From the NCBI GenBank assembly GCA_051362555.1, contig CM120645.1, positions 10,416,001 to 10,480,000 on the forward strand: a DNA stretch of 64,000 bases, read 5' to 3'. The position numbers and the translations under genes were made by a program. This document shows, piece by piece, positions 53,816 to 64,000 of this stretch (position 1 is the first letter of the stretch; every line of letters starts with the position of its first letter). This DNA comes from Lingula anatina (lineage: Eukaryota; Animalia; Brachiopoda). The notes beneath the pieces are model-generated. The model was not told the origin of the DNA, made no database searches, and was given only the letters and a program-made list of their open reading frames with translations.

Positions 53816-56800
53816 CAACAACAGCTGAAGTATCTTGAGGTCTTCCAGTTGGTGGTCATCCATTTTTACAAGTCAAGAAAGAGTAAACTTTTTCCAGACC
53901 CCCTACTCTTACAGAGAGTACAAGGTGAAATGCTAAAAATGGTGACCTTTGCAGCTCACCCCTGGCAATTTGGACTATCATAATTATTATCATTCCAAAA
54001 TGTACAAAGGGCATTAAACCTCCCCCCCACCCACACACCCAAATATATGGTTTTTTATACTTCTGAAAATGATGATAAAAATGGATGACCATTTAGAGCA
54101 AAATATTTTCCATCATTTCACACATATGGTATTACATAGCAAGGCATGTCTAGAGGTGTCATAGGGTCCTAAGTGCCATTCTTTTTCCATTGGTTTCATA
54201 TCATTTCATATCACTGGCATTTATACTGGCATTGACAGAACAGGTTTCCTATGTCAACGAGACCAGATTACAGGCTGTGATAGTCCAGAAAACTGCTGAT
54301 CATTTGATCTCAAGAAGATGTGACTAAGACCTACTGCACTGGACATTAAAACATTCTGACTGAAGTCATAACGAACAGCTCATATCAGACTGTTATGGCA
54401 GAATTACCAGTGGAAGTCAGTAGGTTCTATTGGCTTTGCATTTTTGGCTTCTTTTGAGAATCTCTTTCAGAAAATCTGTCAAGGTCAGAATATATTAATT
54501 CTTAAATTTTATCACTGAAGCTCTTTCTTTCTTGTTGGACAAATGTTGTAATGTTTTTGGCCACCTCAGTTAATATTGCCCACCATGTGTACAAGAGATG
54601 ACCTTATTTGGGCAAGTGACATCAAACATAAAACTCAACAGACACTTTTATTCTTGTCACTTCAGAGTGGTATACTTAGGATCCAGAGTGATTTAGTCTT
54701 ATGAGACAGGTCCTAACATGTAATTACACTACAGGTGGTTTTCTACAGGGTTGATCATTAATAATTGACAGTGTAAAGTGGATGTATTCAAAGTATTCAT
54801 GTGCATCAAATGCTGAAATTGTTAAAATGTGTTTTTAGTCACTAAGTGGCAGCCTTGCATAATACCAGTGTTAGTCACTAGATGGTGCTGTAAGCACAGA
54901 AATATGCTGCTGAGCAAAATTCTGCATTTTTACACATTGAGCTGTTATAATATAATCATATTGTGGGGGGTTATAACTTTTAATAATATCTAGTTTAGGT
55001 AGTAGATAATGGTCCAAATAAATTTGACAACATTAGATATTGTCATATTAGGTCATGTTTTTTGTCACTTTTTCGCAAAAAAAAGAGATGTAAGCATGCA
55101 AATTAAAACCAAAAGTCACTTGATTGCAATCCCCTTTGTAATCCCTCTGTGGTCGGCTCCATTTTTCATTGCACAATCACCCATTTCTGGGACTGCAGAG
55201 AGGTTAGGGTGGAGTGGAGTGCAATCAAGTGTCTGTGGTGCAAGAGCTCAAACCTTGATAGTAACATGACTTGAAACTAGATGGCGCTGGTAAACATTGT
55301 GTTTAAACCAAAGATTTACATGTGGGTATATATTTATGTGGGATAAACCAAAGGTGAAATGGTTTTTTAATGTGTTGATCTCTTATTGCAGAACTAACAC
55401 TTGCGTCGAGGTAAATGCTTACTACTCAAATACTATTAGTATGTATGATATTTGAGTGTCAGTTAAATACTTAAAAAGTCTGTGAAATGTCTTCTGGGTT
55501 TGAAGCCTAACTAGATAAATAAGTGCAATTACCAATTCTTACATTCTCATCTGGTGCAAAACGTTATCTTACAAGTTGGTGCTAACGAATGTAATATTTT
55601 GAAATCTATTGTTCTGATAAAAAATGTGAACTTAGTAAGAAATGAACTGCTGAAGACTATTCAAATGCACTATACTGGGGGTATGAGCTAGTGTTGGAAC
55701 TTATATTGTCTGTGTATTTTGTGGGTTTTAGTCCACTTTACAAGGGTATGAAATACTTATTTATCCATTAATTTGTACTGTGACGGTTATCCGCGATTTG
55801 TTGTCTTACAAGATAAGTTATTACTGTACTTATTGATATTTATTACACTGCCAATTACATCAATAGTTAAACTAATTACTGATATGTGAATATAGTGAGT
55901 TCTTTGAAGTTCAAACGTGTAACCCCAATATATACCGGTATACATATAGTTGAATACCTATCTCCAAAACATTGAATCTTAAAGGATTATGACTATTCAC
56001 TTGTGCCATCTTCAATGACATTTATGCCACTAGTGTCTTCAAGAATCTGCGAGATTCTCTTATTAGCCAATCTGTATGTCACTTGCATTTTGGATTTTCT
56101 CACTTTACTACTTACTGTAAGTTAAGCCATCATAACCTGGCAGGAAATGCGGACACAGCGAGAACTTGTCATCTGTACTTTAAAATCCTATGTAATATAT
56201 ATTTCTAAAAAAGTGTGGTAGGTTTTGTTATGAGGTGGACACGGTTTTATGGTGCAAAATTGATATAAACGTTTTTGTGGACAGGTGTTGTTGGGTTGAT
56301 ATGAATAAGGTGTTTTTTTTTTAATATTTTTAGGTAAGGTGGTAAATAAATGATGCATTTATTTCTGCATAATAAATGATTTGTCTTATGCATTATCGTG
56401 CATATTATCGTTTGATATCATATTAAAAAGCAAGTCGCAAAAGCAAGTAGTTAGCAAAGTGGATAAAAAAGGCAGTCTATATTTGTCTTGTTGATTCTAG
56501 TTCTTGAGCAAGACGTGTTTGACACGGAGGGGCGCATAAAAAAAGTGGTGCCCATAAAATGTACAGATCTGAATAAAAATATTTTTATGGATAATATTAT
56601 GAAAATGTACCGAATGGAATCCCCCCCCCCCCCCCCCCCCATTTTCAAGTGCTGTTGTTTTTTTAGCATTTGCTGGTGGCTTTGTGGTGCTTAAAATGAG
56701 CATGGCCATAAGACCATAAAAAAGTAATACAATGAACTCGTGACCAAGAATGAGTTTATTTGCAGCACACCGATAGACAACTGTCCGCCTGACTCGCGTA

Positions 56801-57365
56801 CCTGTGAACATTTGGTATAATAGTAACTCTTCCGGCAAACGAGAGGCACGCTATTAAAGCATATAATGTAAAAATGCCCCTCTCAGGTTTTCTCCCACAT
56901 TATTTGTACTTCATAATAAGTGATCAGTGGTAATGAGCATCATTTTATTTTCTCTGCTTTAAAATGAAATGTTACCTCGGTTTACAGGCTAAGCGATCAA
57001 TAAAGCTAAAGTGTATTGTCGGATTCTGTTCCATTTTTCGGTTAATAACTCGTGTTGCGTGTCCAAACTGAAGTTTGGCCCATAAGCATTCTTACACTAG
57101 AAAATGATTAAAAAATCCTTATGTGTAACACACTATCGGAGAATGGGCTCATCCTGTTCATCTAAGCACAACAACCCAAGTTGACCAAATAGCGATAGTC
57201 GGGCGTGATCATCGCTAACACAATCGCCGCTAACACAATCCTCGCATTATTGATCCGGGACATCCAAGCGCAATCGAAATATCCGATTAGCTGTTTATCT
57301 TTTTGTATAACACATTTTGATTTTTAAAAATCATTAAAAACAAGGTCGCATAAATAAGTAACTGG

Positions 57366-58943
57366 TTACAGACATGGTTTTAGATGAGTGAGTTCAACTG
57401 ACTTAACCTTATAATGCCAAGTATGTATTTTCTCCCTGTCTTTGCCGCTAACACTACGTCTCCCAGTGATACGAGTCTGTAAACTGTTCGACCTAACAAT
57501 AGTCGTGTTGTTCATGTTTAGCATCTTTTTGAACTTCCACTTAAAGTTGTCATTGCAGAGAGCGTACAGTAGCGGGTTAAACATGGAGTTCAGGTATCCC
57601 ACCCACGTCATAGCAATCAGGACGCCGGGTTCGATACAGTTTTGACAAACAGCCACCACGAGAAACAGGATGAAATACGGCAGAAAGCAGACGGTGAAAG
57701 CGCCCATGATGACTCCGAGCTGGCGCGCTGCTTTCAACTCCCGCTGAATAAACGCTGAATGCTTCACTTTGTTCGAGGCGGATTTGAGAATGGGTTTCGG
57801 TGAAGCATCCTTGTGAATGGTTTCACCGGAGGAAGTGGACGTCTTTGGGCTATCTATTTTATTACTGGCATTGCGTTGGTGGTGGTGTTGGCTAGACCCA
57901 CGCACCTGATGAAATGGTCCGCTCCAGGAGGCGGAACGCGTGATAGAGACGTTCTGGTGTACGAAAGGACTTGAGCCGCGCCTTTGCCGTTTTGCCGCCG
58001 ATATTCCCTGTTTCCCGCTTACCGATGATGAGCAACTGGAAACCGATTCCAGAACCGGCGCGTAATTATCTACATGCACATGTATGGTAGATTTTTCTGG
58101 GATTGAACTGTATGTGGAGCAATCTGACTCCTTTTCGGTGAACATTTCTGGAGATGACCTATTCCCGTTAACAAGGCGGCGTAGTGGCTTATGTTCATTG
58201 ACAAGCGGCGAAGATCGAGTTCGGGTCGTTCCGTAACCGTTTTTACTACCAGACCTTGTCGGCCCGCTGAAGTAGTGAACTGTCCCGTTGCGACTGGTGA
58301 ATTTTACTGAATAAGTCTCGTGGTTGGCTCCACCACAAGAACTATTAGTGAGATGGCTGGCCTCGTTCACGTCAGAGACAGAGCTTTCTATTTTGCCCCT
58401 TTTATTCAACCGTTGCGTGAGGTACTTTGGAACATTGGCTCGGCCAACCTCAAGTTTGTACCTTTGCCTAATAGTGCTATAGATCTGACCGTACATAACG
58501 TACATCACGGTTAAGGGTAGATAGTAATTGATAATTGCACTTGTACCTTTGAGCACAGCGTTCGAAGCGAACTCCGTATCACATACGTTGTCGGGTATAT
58601 GTTTCTTCCCGTCGTTTACGACATAGTGCCACCCGAATATTGGAAAAATCCAAAACATTGACAGACCCCATGCAGTGCATATCATGATGGAGGCCCTCTT
58701 TTTTGTTCTTTTACGCAAGTACTTAAGTGGGGTCGTCACTGACCAATAACGGTCAAGACTCAGTATGAAAATGTTAAAGATGGACGCCGTGCTGGCCGTG
58801 TAGTCGATGGCCAGCCATGTCTTACACACGTACTCCCCCATGTACCAGTCTTCTGTTAGAATATAGGTGGCGCTGATGGGCATGACGATCGCTCCCACTA
58901 TCAGGTCTGATACCGCCAGGCTCACTATGAACATGTTGCTCAC
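57366..58943 (-). CDS. Aminergic rhodopsin-family GPCR, histamine H1 receptor-like; TM2-TM7 exon (the 5' exon with TM1 was not located)
   Basis: Acceptor tttatttcag| at 58944; SLAVSDLIVGAIVMP, DYTASTASIFNIFILSLDRYWSV, KGTSAIINYYLP, ELKAARQLGVIMGAFTVCFLPYF and WVGYLNSMFNPLLY closely parallel recalled HRH1 segments. Confidence 0.85.
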   Translation of the reverse strand: MSNMFIVSLAVSDLIVGAIVMPISATYILTEDWYMGEYVCKTWLAIDYTASTASIFNIFILSLDRYWSVTTPLKYLRKRTKKRASIMICTAWGLSMFWIFPIFGWHYVVNDGKKHIPDNVCDTEFASNAVLKGTSAIINYYLPLTVMYVMYGQIYSTIRQRYKLEVGRANVPKYLTQRLNKRGKIESSVSDVNEASHLTNSSCGGANHETYSVKFTSRNGTVHYFSGPTRSGSKNGYGTTRTRSSPLVNEHKPLRRLVNGNRSSPEMFTEKESDCSTYSSIPEKSTIHVHVDNYAPVLESVSSCSSSVSGKQGISAAKRQRRGSSPFVHQNVSITRSASWSGPFHQVRGSSQHHHQRNASNKIDSPKTSTSSGETIHKDASPKPILKSASNKVKHSAFIQRELKAARQLGVIMGAFTVCFLPYFILFLVVAVCQNCIEPGVLIAMTWVGYLNSMFNPLLYALCNDNFKWKFKKMLNMNNTTIVRSNSLQTRITGRRSVSGKDREKIHTWHYKVKSVELTHLKPCL

Positions 58944-61900
58944 CTGAAATAAAAGTTGGGCAATTATTGAGGTATGCAACAGGCACTACACTATAATACA
59001 GACACATGTTGAATCACGCACACACAGGATTTATTACTTTCTCACTGTAAGAAAGATTTTGCTTCCAATTTTACTTCATCTTTTTTATTACCTTTTCATT
59101 ACGTTACTTTATTTGAAATGAAAGCTCTGATTGTTTTGTGATATGTCAAATATGTTTGAAAAATGCATCACTTGATAATTGAAATAAATTTTTTTCATGA
59201 AGAATTCTTCACTTCAAAAGTTATTTTCTTCCCCGACGCGTTCTTATACTTGCAAGCCTTCAGTGCATATGCACGCCAGTTACTTCAACTTTGAGCTTCA
59301 TTTTATGAGGAAGTTCATTCAAAGAATATCATTGCAGTCCTCATTCCTTTTGAAGTTCATCTTCAGAAGCGCACTTCCGCAAACTTTGTTCAAGGGTCTT
59401 CATGAATTTTACCTTTTAAAGAAAGGCAGGTCTTTGTAAGGGCGGGGGGAACATCATAAGGTTAATTTTGTCTAGGTATTGAATACGTGTTTCCTTGACA
59501 CAGCAGTCATAATTCATGTGTCACGAATAGAGTGCTATTGGTATTTTTGTCAGATACAGTTACAGTCATTGGCCATTTGAACATAGCTGTTTTTTTTCAC
59601 TGGTATCTCATAATGTTACCTTATTAGCATAAACTGGGCTCAATTTTAGGTATCTGTCAAAGTTTTTCTGACTCCTTTTGCCATATACCTATGCGCAATT
59701 ATTTTTCTCAAAATAAATGAGCTACAGTACATCGAGTTATATTTTGTACCGTTTACAATGAGAACATTTCCAGTTGAAGAAAGTCTATGTGATAAAGCCG
59801 ATCCAGTGTGATTTGGTGTGAGTTTTAAGTACCTATATCCTAATTACCTTCAACATGTTCTCCAAAGCTTGATATGCAGGATATGAGAGACCCCTCTTTT
59901 TGAAACCAATACTGTTGTAACACGAGCTCATCAATTCAATATTCAAGCGTTCATCTTAACTATTTGATGTTTTTTTAAACATCACTGGCTTTTGACAAGA
60001 ACTGCCAGAATCGGATTTCGACCTCTGCTAAAAATAACCCAAGTACTGTCTTAATTGACAAGATTGCGGGAATACCAGTGTTTTCTAGCATTAACAGTAC
60101 ATCTTTCATTCCTGCAAAAACGCAATGACATACCAATTTGCAGTAAAGCACCCCTCTTTAGTGTCATTTTTAATTAAGACTCCCGTTTTAACTCACTGAC
60201 TTCATGCCTTCTTTGAAGGGCGGGAAATTGTCTTAAATCCTAACTTTTAGACAGCACTTATCTCCAAAGCAGTTGCCCCCTTCTTATGCCATTAATAAGT
60301 TCAAAATTTATTTTCTATTTAAACCCCCAACCACCATATAAAATTGGTGTTTGGGCGGAATTCCATTTTATAAGACTGTACAACAGAATATTACGCTGTA
60401 CTGAGCACCCTTTTGGGAGTGCAATTTGTTGTCGTGTATTGGCGTTATTGCATCAGTTTGTCAACGTGAAACCGTGTAACAGCTGTTCTTTGTTTTACGC
60501 TCCATTGTTTCCCTTGGGCCAGATACGAGACATCCTTTTACTTCAAAATGCAGACGATAACCCACGCACTTTCTCGTTCGGTTTCGTGTAACGAAATAAG
60601 ACAAATCAAGTGGAATTGTCCGCACGATTCACAGAAAAAGGGAAATGGAAAAATAGGACCAATATTTTAGGTTGGAATTAGGTGTGACATTTTGGTGTAA
60701 CCCCAAGAGCAATATATTGAACCTTTCACGAAAAAATTCGTGCTGGTTAAAGAGGGGCTTTAGGTCCACACTTGTGTGGCTGGACTTAACTTGTGGTCCT
60801 CGCACAGGGTAAAAGCCAAACATTTTGCGTCAGGTCACGTGCTCTCAATTTCGGGACCCTCGATCCCCTCTCTCCTCATACCCCCAACCCCTGTCCTGTC
60901 AAATTATAATTGAATAATAATATAATGAAATTATTATTTCTATTTTAATACAGTTAATTGCTACAATAATTTTACAAGTTCAAAAGAATTACAGATTCTT
61001 ATAATCTTATAACTATATAATTTATTGGCATAACGACCTCACAGATCCTTATATACCATATGATTCATTGGCATAAAGAGTCATTTGGAAACATTAATGT
61101 TATGACAAATTATTAGGTTCCATATAGTCAAAAGGTATATTGGATTAATAAGTTCCATGGAAAGTTATCGAATTTGTTAGTACCATAACTGTTTGTTTGT
61201 ACACGAGTGTTTGTACAGAGTGTTTATATCAGATAACAGAACAAATAAACCAAGAAAAAAATAGAAGTTTGGCATTGAAACACTGGCCAATAATTTTGAT
61301 AATGGAGATAATATTTTCATGGGAAGGCAACGACCGCGGGGATATGTTCACACGGATCATGGAATTGTATGACACAGTCTTTGATAATGTCAACGAGTGG
61401 GACCCGATGATGTGACCTTTCACGATGCCAGAGGCCCAGATTTCCCCTGGCGACTGTCAAAACCCTTTGTCTTATGAAGAAAGTTAAACCGTTTGTATTC
61501 TTAGGATGTTTATCTTAACTGCACACGTTAAAGGGTTTTATGATATGAGAGCTATAGATTCACATAAGAATTTAATTTTTTGAAACTCAGTACTTGGTAA
61601 TATTGGATTTTTACAATGCGATATCCCTGGGGTGAGGGGTAAAGATTCGAAAGTACTATTATTATTATTATTATTATATAAAACTGAAACGATATCAGTA
61701 CTGTCTTTCTTCATTAAATGTTTTTTACCCAAAAAGAAACAAAAGTAGAACATAACCAGATAAGCTTGCTAGTTAAATGTGATGTTGCGTTAGAATGGTT
61801 CACTACGCAGCCTGATGGGTTAAGCGCGTAATCAAATAGTCGGTTCATATTCGGCAGACGGAATCAAAACTCAATACGCCTCTCTGCTGACAGTTTCAAT

Positions 61901-64000
61901 CATACATCGAAACTTAACACCGGATAGGCAATAAAGGCCACGCATTTACAGAGGAATACATCCCGGAGGAGAGGAAACACTTAATGAAATGTTGTTTTTT
62001 TTTCATGAAAGGAATAATGTGGCTGTTTTCAGAAGTGAGTAGCCTAGTTATACGCCAGAATGCGCTGTTACCCTACATCCAGCTCATATTCTGTGGACTA
62101 ACCGTTTATGGAGGGCTAAAGTAGCGCATGAAAATTACTGATAGAAATCATGATTTTAATAAAATACACTTATGTCTTAAAGGAAGTTTCAATATATGTT
62201 TAAAAGTAGTAAAAATGATGTAAAATAATCGATGACATCATAAACCAGGATCAAAATGGTTGACCTCTGACCTGAAAATCGGACACGATTGTTACCTCAT
62301 GAATACGACCTTTTTAGAAGATGTTTTTAAAAAAAAATCAGTTATTAATTTTCCTTAAGCTATTCAGTATTTGCATACTTAGATGGCTGATAAGCTTCGA
62401 GGTGTATATACCTATCTACGATACATGTTACAGATTTAGATACCCAGATATTCGCGTGCCGTAATATAGAGGCGGTAGGTTCAACACTTACAACAATATT
62501 AATAGGGGTGGGCAAATGAAAGCTTTTTTGGGAAATTTAATTTCAGACAAGTGGATTCTATGGCCATTTTGGCTGCTGAATACAAATCTAATAAGTATTT
62601 TCATTTAAAATTACATCTGATATTGGTATCAAGTGATTTTTCAAAATGGCCACCAAACGCTCCCTCAAATCACATATTTCTCATGTAAATCTTTAAATAT
62701 CAGTTCAAAGATGGCTTGTTATATGTCTAACCATATGATTTCATGATCAATGAGCGCAAATAGATACATCATTTCGGTTGGGTCACTTCATTTTGGGTTA
62801 AAAAGAGGGTTTTTTGGTCATTTTGAGGTAAAAATCACCCCAAAATCACCATTTCTGTGTACATAAATACAAATGTTTATATGCAACTGTGGCTTTTAAA
62901 TTAGGAAAAACAATAATACAACAAATATGGTCAATATTGTTCAAGGATCACATGAAACTGAAAAGTTTTGACATATAGAATAGGCCTAATGTTAGTTATA
63001 TACGGGAATATTTACAGTAGAACACTCAGTAGCAGAGCATTAGGGAAATTGTTACTCTTTATTACCATCCAGATACCGAAAATGAGTTTTTTTCCTGCAT
63101 CTTATTATTCAATAATGTATGTCATTGTGCTGCTTTGAAACAATGAAAAAACTCTTGAAAATATGAAATATCGGCGTTAATATTTTTTCGTTGCAATGTA
63201 TAAGCATAAGCAACTCTAAGCTTTAATCATCTATTTAACAGCTTTCTTTTTTGAGATAAGTTAGCAATTCATATGGGGCTTAACTTCATCCCTGAACAAG
63301 ATTTTATCACGAGAATTGGCCAATGGACCACAAGGGCATGAGCTACAATCCCATGCCAACGTTTTGGTTTAAATGCTTTTGTTATGGAGATATGAGTCCG
63401 TAATGACAGATCTTCTAAAAACAAAGTTATTATTTTGCTTTATCAACGATCAAATCTGAACTAAGGCTTTGAAAAAATCGCTGGCAGGGTTTTGGGGTAC
63501 TAAATGGTGTTATTAAATTGGCTTTGAAGTAGTGATCACGGGTGTTCAGGTAAAACAGAAATTTGAGAAACCGATTTTTCAGTTTTTACCCCCAAACTGC
63601 AATTATGCCGTCACCCGTAAGATGACATGTGTACATGTTAATTAATGTAATCACTGAACACTGAAAATTTATTTATCACCGAAAAGAATGTATGTAAGGC
63701 AGTAAATAAGGAGTTTTGGGTGAACGGTGACAATATCCTTATTGTCTTCATTTATAACCTAGTCACACTAGAGGCGGAATGAGCTAGAATGTAGTCGGAA
63801 TGAAAATTTCTTGTTTTTTCCTGGATATTTGAAGTATCTAAAAATTCTAAGCGCATTCTAAATGTTTGGGTCCATTCTTGCGTCCTGTTAAAATGTTTTG
63901 CTCATTCTCAAAACTTTCGAAGTACATTCCAAGTGGAAAAATATCGAATGGCATTCAAGTGTATTCTAACTGCACTATGAGCGCATTCTTAAGATTCTTA

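Noticed and set aside
62470-64000. Transposon-like sequence at the window end
   Set aside because: It looks repeat-derived, but no paired termini, TSD or ORF could be defined.

Overview
AT-rich, intron-containing animal (invertebrate, probably lophotrochozoan-like; inference) genomic window. Genes rebuilt by hand from splice sites and reading phase, in order: a DUF1647-type membrane-anchored putative glycosyltransferase (+), TMBIM4/lifeguard-4 (-), a cathepsin L-like protease (+), tRNA-Pro(TGG), a tandem array of three intact, intron-rich FAD-linked aldonolactone-oxidase-like (GULO/ALO/GLDH superfamily) genes (-), porcupine (PORCN, +) and the main exon of a histamine H1-like GPCR (-). Mobile DNA includes a young 1.64-kb foldback element with a 9-bp target duplication, a Helentron/HINE-like element carrying a 146-bp satellite array, and several MITE-like hairpins. 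The most unusual signal is the oxidase cluster. These appear to be secreted enzymes that lack the covalent-FAD histidine (Leu instead, as in plant GLDH) but keep the ExRW and HWAK motifs. One paralog has HWAK changed to NWAK, and another carries a cationic N-terminal segment.
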